Shown piece by piece: positions 52,625 to 62,008 of a stretch of 64,000 nt of DNA. Position 1 is the stretch's first letter, and every line of letters starts with the position of its first letter. The DNA lies in the NCBI GenBank assembly GCA_024653825.1, contig JANLHF010000039.1:6945-70944 (forward strand), given 5' to 3'. Source of the stretch: Patescibacteria group bacterium. GTDB lineage: Bacteria > Patescibacteriota > Minisyncoccia > Phycocordibacterales > Phycocordibacteraceae. The notes under the pieces were generated by a model that was not told where the DNA came from, searched no databases, and saw nothing but the letters and a program-made list of their open reading frames with translations. The translations under genes and the position numbers were made by a program.

Positions 52625-55426
52625 TCAGACCGAGTCGGGCAGGAACTCATCCCACGGGAACGGTTCCCCGGACGTGAGATATTTCTGCACCGTCGTCGGA
52701 GTCAGATGCACGACGCTAATCTCGCCGGCATCGGGGCCTTCAGCAGGCAATCCGATGAAGGCAACGCCCGCATTGTTCTCGGCAAGGCCGCCGGCGATTT
52801 CTGCAAAGCCGTCCGTATGGGTCGACGACGGTCCCATCACATAGACATCACCTCCCGCGAACGCTCCCGCGAAGAAGTGCTTGTCGCCCGTGATGTGAAC
52901 AATCGACTTCTCGTCGAGGACGGACGAAGGATTCCCGCGTGCGCGGTTCACCGCCACCCAGCCATGCAGGACGTCTTTCCAGCTGTCGCGTTTCGGCGGG
53001 GTGCCACTTATGTGGAGTCCCCACTCGTAGCCGTCGCCGACCTTCAGCGTGCCGTAGGCAATCCCCAGGTCCTGGAAGAGTGGCCAACGGATGAGGCGGT
53101 CGAGATCGAGACCGGCAAGGTCCGGATCGCCCGCGAGCCTCATACGCAAGATTTCCGCAACGATCGCGCCCTCGTGGAGCATACCGTCGGTCGTCTTGGT
53201 TGCGTGATTGCCGGAGCCGAAATTGATGACCCCGACGTCGCGCATATCGTTCGGTACGTTCGAGAAGTCGCTGACGCCTCTCACCACAACTTTCGCCCGT
53301 TTGGCCGCAAGGAGAATTCCCTTGAAGATATCGGGGTACGGCCGGATGAGCCCGTGGAAGAGCTCCTGGAACTGTCCGGTCAGATAATCCGGCGGACGGC
53401 TCTTCACTTGGTCCATTAGTTCGCGATACAGTTTCCTTTCTTCTCCCTCGCGCACCTTCAGATCACGAATCGTACGGATACGTCTGAGCTTCTGCTCGTT
53501 GTCCGCAAGAATTTCCGCGAACGATCGCCAGTGATAATGCGGGCGCATATGCGTGCCGAAGTGGTTGCCGTGCAGGATGTCGTCGCAGACAAAGAGTCCT
53601 GCGACCGGCGTTGCACCACCTCTGCTTAAGCCCGACTTCTGCATCAGCTCAAAGACCGCCTCAGTGAGGCCGATTGGCATACCGGAGGGGCGATGCAAGA
53701 ATACCCGCATCGATCCGCCGAAGTGCATATCGGTCGCCACCATTAGCCACAGCTTGTCTGCTGGAGCCGGAGAAGGCCCGCGTCGTGGCGCGCTTATTTT
53801 GCGTACCGCTTCTGCCGAGATGAAGTCAGGCGTGATGCCGAGGTCTGAATCAATCTTGATGACGAGCATCCCCCCGTTGAACATGGGGTCAGCCACCGCC
53901 TTCACGACGGGAAGCTTTATGCGAGTGCCACGTGTCCTGTCGAGGATAGGACCCTTATCGATGAGCATCGGCGCTTCGACGAAACCGACCGTGCCGAGCA
54001 TCGAACCACTCAGGTAATTCTCCCGGGAAGTCTTCCGCATGTAGACGGAACGCGGATGCGATACCACGGTCAGGGAGGGCAGGTTGCCTTTCCGTTGCGC
54101 GGGGCCGTAGCTGCCGAGTTCATCGTAGTACGGATTGTTGCTGTCACCGCCGGAGACGAACTTGATGATACTCGCGTTCTTGCCGAAGATGACATGCGCC
54201 GAGTTCTGATCGATGACCTTCGTATTCGGCATATGCTTCTCGATCTCGTGGATCAGGTACGAAAGCGCCTGGTCGTAGACGCGTCTGTTTTGCGTCGGGT
54301 CGAGGTTCGTCATCCGCATACGGCTCACGAGCCGGGACGCATCGCGCGACTCACCTTCGACTTCTTCGTACGCTCTTTGGGCCTCATTCATGGCGGTCTT
54401 GGAGCCACTGTGTCGAGTGTCAGTCAGGTAGACGTGCGCTTCGGCCGCAAGCTTTGCTCGTACATTTGCTTCGGCTTCAGCCTCACGCAGCTCCTGATTC
54501 TGCAGGTAGAGCAGTTCGAAGTACGCCATACGTCGTACCAGCCCGAGTTCATCGGGACTAAGTACGATATACACCGGACCATCGAATTCAGGTCTCCCAT
54601 CAGGGCGAACCATAATCTTGTACCATCCCCGCAGAAGGTCTTTGAACCGTTCGTAGGCGGTGGTGAAGATCGGTCCGAACTCGCCCTTTTTGAGGATTTC
54701 GGCTACGCGGTCGCGATAGTTTGCTGCCATTGACTCGATGTCAATCTCAGTACCGGTCACGAGGTCGTCGAGAAGCCGGTTCGGACCAGTCGTCTTCTGC
54801 CAGGTGAGGCGGAAGAGGCCCCCGCTAATGACGAGTGCATCGCACCGCATCTTCCGTGCTGCCGAAATGCCGGAGCGCGTGAGATTACGTACGATGTCGG
54901 GGTCATACGCGAGGCCGAGCTGAGGCGCCGAGATGAGTGCGATGCGGAACCGATCCGATTTGTTCTTAGGGAGCGCATGGAAGGGTTTGCTATGACTCGT
55001 TTCTTCGAGCGAGTACGGCGGTGCGTCGGTGAACGGCACGCGGAGAATGCCCGGCAAATTTACCGTCTCTTCGCGCGGTGCCGAAGTGCGCCCCTTCATG
55101 TCTTGAAACTTCGCTTCCACGACCCACTCTGGCGGTACGGTACGATTACCTAATTGCTTTTTGAGCACCATATGGAGTTTGGCCGAGGAGTACTTGGCCT
55201 TTACTGCGTGCACCAGAAGATCCTTCCGGTCTTCCCAGAAGATGGCGTCGAGCTCCGCATAAAGACGGGTCTTCGTGATTTCATCCCTATGGGTAGATAG
55301 CGCAGCAGGCAGTTCCTTGATGAGCGTCTTGCGCAGAATATCGAGACTTACCGGAGGACGCTTGAGTCGCATCTTCGCTTCGATCTTGTCCGTAATCCAG
55401 CTGTTGAATGCTTTTATCGTAGACAT
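52625..55426 (-). CDS. Large (933 aa) uncharacterized protein with a C-terminal Mre11/SbcD-like metallophosphoesterase domain and an N-terminal half of unknown function containing coiled-coil
   Basis: The MPE motifs are I LWLMVATDMHFGG, II VCDDILHG, III FGSGNHA and V/VI ITGDKHFF. The N-terminus contains degenerate MPE-like blocks (RIALISAPQLG, CDALVISGG). The gene is monocistronic, with its own SD (AAAGGAG) and terminators. Confidence 0.55.
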   Translation of the reverse strand: MSTIKAFNSWITDKIEAKMRLKRPPVSLDILRKTLIKELPAALSTHRDEITKTRLYAELDAIFWEDRKDLLVHAVKAKYSSAKLHMVLKKQLGNRTVPPEWVVEAKFQDMKGRTSAPREETVNLPGILRVPFTDAPPYSLEETSHSKPFHALPKNKSDRFRIALISAPQLGLAYDPDIVRNLTRSGISAARKMRCDALVISGGLFRLTWQKTTGPNRLLDDLVTGTEIDIESMAANYRDRVAEILKKGEFGPIFTTAYERFKDLLRGWYKIMVRPDGRPEFDGPVYIVLSPDELGLVRRMAYFELLYLQNQELREAEAEANVRAKLAAEAHVYLTDTRHSGSKTAMNEAQRAYEEVEGESRDASRLVSRMRMTNLDPTQNRRVYDQALSYLIHEIEKHMPNTKVIDQNSAHVIFGKNASIIKFVSGGDSNNPYYDELGSYGPAQRKGNLPSLTVVSHPRSVYMRKTSRENYLSGSMLGTVGFVEAPMLIDKGPILDRTRGTRIKLPVVKAVADPMFNGGMLVIKIDSDLGITPDFISAEAVRKISAPRRGPSPAPADKLWLMVATDMHFGGSMRVFLHRPSGMPIGLTEAVFELMQKSGLSRGGATPVAGLFVCDDILHGNHFGTHMRPHYHWRSFAEILADNEQKLRRIRTIRDLKVREGEERKLYRELMDQVKSRPPDYLTGQFQELFHGLIRPYPDIFKGILLAAKRAKVVVRGVSDFSNVPNDMRDVGVINFGSGNHATKTTDGMLHEGAIVAEILRMRLAGDPDLAGLDLDRLIRWPLFQDLGIAYGTLKVGDGYEWGLHISGTPPKRDSWKDVLHGWVAVNRARGNPSSVLDEKSIVHITGDKHFFAGAFAGGDVYVMGPSSTHTDGFAEIAGGLAENNAGVAFIGLPAEGPDAGEISVVHLTPTTVQKYLTSGEPFPWDEFLPDSV

Positions 55427-55487
55427 CTGATTCTCCTTTCAAGTCAAGGATCAAATTTCACCCTGCGAGCAGGATACTCCGCGTATA

Positions 55488-55532
55488 TAAATAAAGAAAG
55501 CGGTGTTTCGTCCTCTTGACGAAACACCGCTT
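55488..55532 (-). terminator. Intrinsic terminator after the small gene at 55550..55831
   Basis: A 15-bp perfect stem (aagcggtgtttcgtc/gacgaaacaccgctt) is followed by a U-tract on the minus strand. Confidence 0.65.
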
Positions 55533-55549
55533 CGATAGCAAAAAATTCG

Positions 55550-55831
55550 TTACTCGAGCCCGATGACGGACAGCCCGTCGAATTGATTCTTTTCCATCAC
55601 GAGTCCTGCGAACTTCTGGAGTTCTGTTTCGGCGGCCCCCCAACACTGGACGACTACTGAGACCGTGGGGGATATCATCCCCGCGGGGTCTCTCATCACC
55701 TCGCCGATGAAAAGACCGTTTTTGACGAGGACGTCTGCCTTCCCGAGCAATGCCTGGAGTTCCGTGCGGAATTCCTCCAGCATCCTTTCATTGTCGGTAG
55801 AACTTGGCGCACTAAACACGATACTTGCCAT
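55550..55831 (-). CDS. Hypothetical small protein (93 aa)
   Basis: The ORF has its own terminator. Confidence 0.4.
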   Translation of the reverse strand: MASIVFSAPSSTDNERMLEEFRTELQALLGKADVLVKNGLFIGEVMRDPAGMISPTVSVVVQCWGAAETELQKFAGLVMEKNQFDGLSVIGLE

Positions 55832-55955
55832 AACGCTTCTCCTTGGGTAAGTCCAGAGTGAAAATACCTCTCAACAGGGGTGGAGTCAAGGAATTCGGCA
55901 TTAATCAAACTAAGGACAGTTTACAAGTCATAGTGGGGGTATATTATCCACCTGA

Positions 55956-56678
55956 ATGTTCAACCTGAGGGAGGTTGTCGTTATGGATGAGACAAGAGAA
56001 ATATTGGTGGTTCCCGCTAAACCGAAAGACGTGAAAGAAGAAGCGCGTTTCCAGAACTTGAACGGCAGGGGATTCGTGCGCGCCGAGACGGCGGGGTATC
56101 AGTGGTACCTGCTCGTGAATGAAGCCTGCGAGAAGTCGAAATTGCCGGTCGATAATTTGGTGCGGGAATATCTCGGCGCGATGCTTCATCGTTTTATGAC
56201 GCGCGCGGGGCTGTTCAAGGATCTGTCTTCCTTCAACTTCTATCAGCACATGCTCGGGATACCGAAGACCGTTCCGGTTTGTCTTCAGGAAGTTGCCGAT
56301 ATCTGTCTCCAGTACGTCGCCTTCTTCCCAGAGCAGAGCGGGTATCGACACCAACCGCGAACTGTTGAGCATGTCGCGAATATGGGGACGAGTCTGTATT
56401 ACGAGCTCGCGAGAGCGTCGATGGGGAAGGACGACTTTTTCAGTCGCGCGCTTCAGCTGATGCCCAAATCATTCGGTCGCTCAGTCATGGTGCTCCGATC
56501 TGTGTGTCCGAGGTTCGCACATCGCAGAACCATTGCCGCGGAATGGGAACGTCGGCGTCAAGCGACATGCGTCCCGAGCGTTGCTGGGAAGCAATTGAGT
56601 TTCCCGGGCCAGGTGATGAATTACGTGCATCTCCAATCTGACGATACCCCGATGGTTTCAGGCAGTTTGAAGAACTAA
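55956..56678 (+). CDS. Hypothetical protein (about 230 aa)
   Basis: ORF with coding-like composition. Confidence 0.4.
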   Translation: MFNLREVVVMDETREILVVPAKPKDVKEEARFQNLNGRGFVRAETAGYQWYLLVNEACEKSKLPVDNLVREYLGAMLHRFMTRAGLFKDLSSFNFYQHMLGIPKTVPVCLQEVADICLQYVAFFPEQSGYRHQPRTVEHVANMGTSLYYELARASMGKDDFFSRALQLMPKSFGRSVMVLRSVCPRFAHRRTIAAEWERRRQATCVPSVAGKQLSFPGQVMNYVHLQSDDTPMVSGSLKN

Positions 56679-56783
56679 TAAGGAGTTTCAATAGGCGCTT
56701 ACTTCGGCGCCTATTTTCTTTGATATGAAAAAACCACACCTGGCGGGGCATGGCTTTGAGGAACAGGGTGGCTTGCGCTGTAC

Positions 56784-57080
56784 TCAGCGGCTAGATCGGT
56801 TTTGGACTCCGACCGCGGCGTTTATCAGGCGCTCGGTCTCCGGCTCGTTGAGCGGTACGACATACTGCGGGTCGTGTCCGAGGGGGCCATCGGGCTCCCA
56901 CTCGCTGTCCTTCTGGAATTGGTACTCCTGGAGGACCTCTCCTATGTCGTCGTTTGGCCAGACGCCGAGGTCGAATCCGTCGATAGTGCCGACCGTGTAC
57001 TTTTGGGTCGCGGTGGCTTCGTTCACGAGATCGCGGATTTTTTCGGCCACGGTCTTTCCTACGGGAGTGTATCGGCGCAT
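56784..57080 (-). CDS. Hypothetical protein (99 aa)
   Basis: An AAGGAG SD lies 7 nt upstream of the ATG at 57080. Confidence 0.45.
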   Translation of the reverse strand: MRRYTPVGKTVAEKIRDLVNEATATQKYTVGTIDGFDLGVWPNDDIGEVLQEYQFQKDSEWEPDGPLGHDPQYVVPLNEPETERLINAAVGVQNRSSR

Positions 57081-57227
57081 GAGTGCTCTCCTTGGTTGGG
57101 TCTGTTTCTTATATATCACGACAAGACTATACTGTCAACCACCCCCCACGACCACATTCATTGACAGGAGCCCAGAAATCAATTTTACTCACCATGGATA
57201 TAGTTCAATGACAAAGGGGAGTTCGCT

Positions 57228-58790
57228 ATGGCACGTATCATCATTATCGGTGCAGGACATAATGGCCTTGTGTGCGCGGATTATCTCGCGCGCGCGGGGC
57301 ATCAGGTCACCGTATTTGAACAAAGCAATTTTCTCGGCGGTGCGGCGAGATCAGACAGCGCCACCTTCCCCGGATACACGCTGTCGACGTATTCGTACGT
57401 CTGCAGTTTGTTCCTCTCGAAGATTGTCGAAGATCTTGGTCTCGCGCGTCATGGGTATGAAATCCTTGAACGCGACCCGTCCTTCTTCAAGCCTCTTCTG
57501 GACGGGCGATTCCTATCGCTCGGGAAAGATGGTACGGAAAATGCACGACAGATTGCAAAGTTCTCCGAACAGGACGCTGAAGCCTTCAGGCGCTATGGAG
57601 AGGCATATGGCGTGCTCGGCGGATTCTTTGAGCAGTTCTTGCTCGAGACGCCACCATCTATGCCGCCTCGAAATATACGCGACGTTCTCACCTGCCTAAG
57701 GGCGGCTGGTCGTACACTGCGACTCGGGCCGTGCGCTGACGCGCGTCTGCTTGAGATCATTGTGCGCGATGCGCGGGCGATTCTCGCTGACTGGTTTGAA
57801 AGCGATGTAATCCGCAGCGCCCTGCTCCCCGACAGTTCCATCGGTTCCCTAGACACTAGCGGGCTTCTTCTCATCCTGCACCAATTCATGGGTGCGGCGG
57901 GCGGTGCCCGCGGGATGTGGGGGTATCACCGTGGCGGTATGGGTGGTATAGCGAAGGCACTCGCGAGTGCGGGTAGGGAGTTCGGCGTTGAGATCGTCTG
58001 CAATGAGCCGGTTAAATCTATCCTCATTAGCAAGAGCGGCGTCGCATACGGCGTGTGGCTCAAGAGCGGGGAAGTCGTTCCGGCGGATATCGTCGTGTCG
58101 AATGCAACGCCGCACGAAACATTCCTGCGCTTAGTGTCGAGCGAAGCGTGCCCGCCGGCGTATGCTCGACGGGTGCGTAACGATGACTATTCAAGCGGTG
58201 CAATGAAGGTGAACGCCATTCTTTCCGGCTTGCCGGAGTTCAACTCGCTCGATGGCTGTGGTGACCCCGCACACTATCTTAAGGGGACGATCCACCTCTC
58301 GCCGACGACGGCGTATATCGAGCGCGCGCTTTCTGATGTGCTGATACACGGCATACCGTCGGAGTTACCAATGGTTGAGATGACCATCCCGAGCATCGTG
58401 GATAACATGCTCGCTCCACAAGGACATCACGTGATGAACTTGTTCGTTCAGTATGTGCCGGATCATCCCCGAAGGGGAGGCGAGTGGACTGCCAAACGAA
58501 AGGATAGGTATTTCAGGGAAAACATTCTGAGTGTCGTTCGTCCGTTCGTGAGAAACATCGATGATATCCTTATCGGCGCGCAAGTACTCTCTCCTCAGGA
58601 TATGTATCGGGACCTGCGCCTTACGGGAGGGAACATCTTTCATGGGGCGTTCAAAATCGGTCTTCGGCATCCGTACCGCACGCCGATACCGGAACTGTGG
58701 CTCTGTGGTGCCGGTACGCACCCGGGTGGCGGGGTGATGGGCGCTTGTGGCCATAACGCCGCACGTGACATTGCCCAGTCGCTCGTCTAA
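57228..58790 (+). CDS. Phytoene desaturase-family FAD/NAD(P)-dependent oxidoreductase (CrtI-like, COG1233)
   Basis: The N-terminal dinucleotide-binding motif is MARIIIIGAGHNGLVCADYLARAG. A C-terminal GAGTHPGGGVMG region is also present. Confidence 0.8.
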   Translation: MARIIIIGAGHNGLVCADYLARAGHQVTVFEQSNFLGGAARSDSATFPGYTLSTYSYVCSLFLSKIVEDLGLARHGYEILERDPSFFKPLLDGRFLSLGKDGTENARQIAKFSEQDAEAFRRYGEAYGVLGGFFEQFLLETPPSMPPRNIRDVLTCLRAAGRTLRLGPCADARLLEIIVRDARAILADWFESDVIRSALLPDSSIGSLDTSGLLLILHQFMGAAGGARGMWGYHRGGMGGIAKALASAGREFGVEIVCNEPVKSILISKSGVAYGVWLKSGEVVPADIVVSNATPHETFLRLVSSEACPPAYARRVRNDDYSSGAMKVNAILSGLPEFNSLDGCGDPAHYLKGTIHLSPTTAYIERALSDVLIHGIPSELPMVEMTIPSIVDNMLAPQGHHVMNLFVQYVPDHPRRGGEWTAKRKDRYFRENILSVVRPFVRNIDDILIGAQVLSPQDMYRDLRLTGGNIFHGAFKIGLRHPYRTPIPELWLCGAGTHPGGGVMGACGHNAARDIAQSLV

Positions 58791-58888
58791 GCACCACCCT
58801 TACATCCCTCGCAGTTGCGGGGGATTTTCGTTTAACGTGTATGAAAATAGAAACCCGCCGAGGCGAGTTCCCTCGTCGGCGGGCTGAT

Positions 58889-59203
58889 TCAAAAAAGATC
58901 CACGAATTTCTCCAGCCAGAACGAATTCTTGGAGTACAGGACGGTCGTCCTTGTCGTTTCCTTTTTGGCGACGACCAATGTCTCTGATGCGCCGCCCAGT
59001 TTCGGACTGGGGACACACAGCACGACCAGCGTGTCCCCGACGTTCACGTCTCCTTTGAGACGCCGGGGGATCCATACGGAGAACCCGGCGGTGTCACTTC
59101 TAGGGATCTCGGTCGCGCAGAGGTCCCTTCCTTCAGGTCGTATCGCGTTCACGAGCATTTCTGCCCGGACGATTGTGACGGCGTCGCATCCGAGAATTTT
59201 CAT
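58889..59203 (-). CDS. Hypothetical small protein (about 104 aa)
   Basis: An AAAGGAG SD lies upstream of a tandem ATG ATG start. Confidence 0.35.
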   Translation of the reverse strand: MKILGCDAVTIVRAEMLVNAIRPEGRDLCATEIPRSDTAGFSVWIPRRLKGDVNVGDTLVVLCVPSPKLGGASETLVVAKKETTRTTVLYSKNSFWLEKFVDLF

Positions 59204-59383
59204 CATCACTCCTTTGAGGACTGTCCTTCGTATGTAGGGTAGCTTTTTTGTTCCTAAAATAAGATAGCACGAGCTTACCATAGTGTCAATCTTTTGCCGA
59301 GGTTCAGACGATTACGAAATATAAAGAAAGACCGCCCGTGCATCGTATGGGCGGTCAAGACGAGATCTGCGCCGATAGCTCGA

Positions 59384-59791
59384 CTAGGGAGTGGAAGGAG
59401 CGGGGTGCAGCTCCATCAATTTCTCGACACATGCGTTGGCGACGTCTCTGTCCGGCTCTTTCCCACCGGGGAACGTTACCCATCCGGCTTTCATGAGATT
59501 GTCCTCCCGATTCCAGGAGTCGGCCTTCTGCAGCGCAACAATCAGGCCCTTGTCTGTGCTGGCCGCTTTCTGGAAGTTGGCGACACAAATGGGCGCCAAG
59601 GTGGCAACTCGTTCTTGTTGCCTGGCTTCGTTCGCCATTTTTTCAGTGGTACTTCCGAGATTCCATCCGCCGTAATGGAAGCCGAGAATCATCGTAACGA
59701 CTACGCCAACGACAAGGCCTTGCGTTAGACGAATCGGATTATCTCCCTCGACATAAGGAGACAGAAAGGAAAGGGACTGAGGAACTTTCAC
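59384..59791 (-). CDS. Membrane-anchored hypothetical protein (135 aa)
   Basis: The ORF has one transmembrane segment. Confidence 0.35.
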   Translation of the reverse strand: MKVPQSLSFLSPYVEGDNPIRLTQGLVVGVVVTMILGFHYGGWNLGSTTEKMANEARQQERVATLAPICVANFQKAASTDKGLIVALQKADSWNREDNLMKAGWVTFPGGKEPDRDVANACVEKLMELHPAPSTP

Positions 59792-59931
59792 AAGATTTAC
59801 TCCTTCATTTTGAGGATGGACGATTCCATCCCACCGCCGTCAGTCTAGCATGCAAATTAGGACATCGCCCAAGGACCACCGGGGTAGGGGATAAGAAAAA
59901 GCCCCACCATGACGATAGGGCCACAGCGGGG

Positions 59932-60441
59932 TCAGTACATCTTTCGGGCATACGATACCCTCCGGACGTAGTAGTGGGAACTCGGGTCCCTCTCTTTGAG
60001 TATCCCTCGGACACTCCCCGGCCCGACTCCATAAGCGAGAATCAGTTCCTTTCCCTTGAAGCCGTACCTTTCGCGAAGGTGCTCCAGGTACCGTATCCCG
60101 AGAGAGATGTTCACAACCGGATTAAGGAGATTACATCTCGGCAGCTTGAACTCCTCGCAAACGATCGGGCTAATCCCAAGAAGTCCTGAGGCGCCCGAAG
60201 CGTTCTTGGCCGATGGTTTTCCCATTGACTCTGTCAGCATGATACCGACGATGAGATCAATGGGCAGATTAGAATCGCGAAGCGACTCCTCTATTACTCG
60301 TCGCCAACGTGCAATTACGGACGGGCCGTCTTTCAAAACTGAGCGTTGCCACCCGCTGGGTGCCATCGGCAAGAGGGGGCTCTCTCGCGCAAGCAAAGTC
60401 TTGCTGAAAAAGAACAACAAACAACACAAAAGAAATCGCAT
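59932..60441 (-). CDS. Lytic transglycosylase (SLT domain) with a signal peptide
   Basis: The SLT catalytic motif is MLTESMGKPSAKNASGASGLLGI. Confidence 0.75.
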   Translation of the reverse strand: MRFLLCCLLFFFSKTLLARESPLLPMAPSGWQRSVLKDGPSVIARWRRVIEESLRDSNLPIDLIVGIMLTESMGKPSAKNASGASGLLGISPIVCEEFKLPRCNLLNPVVNISLGIRYLEHLRERYGFKGKELILAYGVGPGSVRGILKERDPSSHYYVRRVSYARKMY

Positions 60442-60536
60442 GCGACTCTCCCAATAATGAATGTACTTTTACTATATATTCATATATATATGTTGTCAAT
60501 TCGGAGCTTCCGGCGGAAAAGAAAAAGTGCGAAGTG

Positions 60537-60608
60537 CTCCGGGAGCAGGACTCGAACCTGCAACCAACGCCTTAACAGGGCGCTGCTCTACCATTGAGCT
60601 ATCCCGGA
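60537..60608 (-). tRNA. tRNA-Asn (anticodon GUU); no encoded CCA
   Basis: A cloverleaf was folded manually. The acceptor stem is TCCGGGA/TCCCGGA, the D-arm is GCTCAATGGTAGAGC, the anticodon loop is CUGUUAA and the T-arm is GCAGGTTCGAGTCCTGC. Confidence 0.85.
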
Positions 60609-60656
60609 ATATTATTTACGAACGTTCCTAACTATGCAGTCCATTCCAGCGCTGCT

Positions 60657-60728
60657 CTACTACCAAGCGAGCCGAGCGAAAAGTGAATGTCTTCATGCAC
60701 TTTTCCGAGGCAAGCGCAGGGAGGAAGC
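60657..60728. repeat. E3 repeat, copy B (same conserved boxes as 44237..44306 with a covarying hairpin), about 45 nt upstream of tRNA-Asn
   Basis: The sequence is CTACTACCAAGCGAGCCGAG-cga-[gaaaagtg..cacttttc hairpin]-CGAGGCAAGCGCAGGGAGGAAGC. Confidence 0.6.
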
Positions 60729-60854
60729 CGTTCTTATGGCTTACTGCGGAATGTTTGAACGCGCGCCGCGAAGCGGCGCGTGAGTGTATTCTAGCGTAAA
60801 ATCGTTATGTCGCAATGTTCTACCTACGTGCCTCCGAAGTGCTACCATACCTGT

Positions 60855-61067
60855 ATGAAGGACTCACTGATTGTCGGAGTAATCCTGATAATCATCGGGG
60901 GTATAGAGACTCTGAGAACAGTCTGGTTTATTCGTTTCCAAATCTGGGTACAGAAGACTCTTATGGGCGCCGACTATGTCCCGAGCGCACGTACCTACAC
61001 CGTCGTCCGGATAGTAGGCGCGTTCATCATGGTCCTAGGATTTTCTGTGTTGCTGTGGGGTGAATGA
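60855..61067 (+). CDS. Small two-transmembrane membrane protein (70 aa)
   Basis: A hydrophobic ORF starting at MKDSLIVGVILIIIGG. Confidence 0.35.
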   Translation: MKDSLIVGVILIIIGGIETLRTVWFIRFQIWVQKTLMGADYVPSARTYTVVRIVGAFIMVLGFSVLLWGE

Positions 61068-61089
61068 GGCAGTTTCGCGTATAGAAGGT

Positions 61090-61116
61090 GAACGGCTCAG
61101 ACGGTCTGAGCCGTTC
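61090..61116. repeat. E4 27-bp perfect palindrome, GAACGGCTCAGAC-G-GTCTGAGCCGTTC
   Basis: A second copy (GAACGGCTCAGAC-C-GTCTGAGGCGTT) is at 34179..34204. Confidence 0.65.
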
Positions 61117-61135
61117 CAGAATGGGTTATACTGTT

Positions 61136-61378
61136 TCTATGCTGACGTTGTATGTAAAAACTGGCTGTCCCTTTTGTCATAAAGTACTCGCCACGGGAGA
61201 AGAGCTCGGTATTTCGTTTGAAGAGAAGAACATAGCAGATGACGCGGTGGCGGCCGAGCTTGTCGCCCGAGGAGGGAAGCGGCAGGTGCCGTATCTCATC
61301 GACAGCGAACGCGGTGTAGAGATGTATGAGTCGGGCGATATAGACGCGTATCTGCAAACGACATATCCAAAACAATAA
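61136..61378 (+). CDS. Glutaredoxin-like protein (CPFC active site)
   Basis: The thioredoxin fold and active site appear as MLTLYVKTGCPFCHK. Confidence 0.75.
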   Translation, partial: SMLTLYVKTGCPFCHKVLATGEELGISFEEKNIADDAVAAELVARGGKRQVPYLIDSERGVEMYESGDIDAYLQTTYPKQ

Positions 61379-61606
61379 ATGTTTATAAAAGTATTCGTTA
61401 CGCCGAGTGCGAAGCGCGAAAGAATAGACGAAAAGGGCGATGCGTTGCTCGTGGCAGTAAAAGAGCCAGCAATGGGGAATCGCGCGAATACGCGCGTGCG
61501 CGAGATTGTCGCCGCACGGGAAGGTGTGCCGGTGGGGAAGGTGCGCATACTGACAGGACACCGTTCTCGGGTTAAAATGGTAAGTGTTACTAGCCCCGAC
61601 GCTTAG
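61379..61606 (+). CDS. DUF167/YggU-family protein
   Basis: The DUF167 pattern is VKVTPSAKRERI...LLVAVKEPAMGNRAN... Confidence 0.65.
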   Translation: MFIKVFVTPSAKRERIDEKGDALLVAVKEPAMGNRANTRVREIVAAREGVPVGKVRILTGHRSRVKMVSVTSPDA

Positions 61607-61645
61607 TCGGGGCCCCGACTAAGCGTCGGGGCTGATTTTTCCACT
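61596..61645 (+). terminator. 40-bp perfect palindrome (two inverted 20-nt units) followed by a T-tract; strong terminator or cruciform
   Basis: The sequence is gccccgacgcttagtcgggg|ccccgactaagcgtcggggc, then TGATTTTTCC. It overlaps the yggU stop codon. Confidence 0.65.
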
Positions 61646-62008
61646 ATGCATATCACCATCAAGACGACAAAGCTTAAATTAGATCCAGAGACTGAAGCGA
61701 TGGTAGAAGAGAAGCTCGCGGCGCCCCTGCGTCTGCTTGGAGAAGACGGCGATAACGCTCTACTAGAAATAGATGTGGAAGAAGCGCCGCCGGAGGGCCG
61801 CTCGTCAGAGCCGTACCATCTGGTCGCTCGGCTTATCGTAAATGGCGAGGTGTACCACGCCGAAGCAGTGAAGCCGACGCCGGAGAGCGCAGCCGACAGA
61901 GTACGCAGTGAACTAGAGGCAGAAATACGACGCTCGCGCGGGCGCGCACGCAAACTCTGGAAGCGCGGTAGCTCGGCGGTTAAGAATATGTTGCGCTTCG
62001 GCCGTTAG
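61646..62008 (+). CDS. hpf: Ribosome hibernation promoting factor / RaiA family (short form with a basic tail)
   Basis: The N-terminus MHITIKTTKLKLDPETEAMVEEKL is typical of the S30AE family. Confidence 0.8.
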   Translation: MHITIKTTKLKLDPETEAMVEEKLAAPLRLLGEDGDNALLEIDVEEAPPEGRSSEPYHLVARLIVNGEVYHAEAVKPTPESAADRVRSELEAEIRRSRGRARKLWKRGSSAVKNMLRFGR

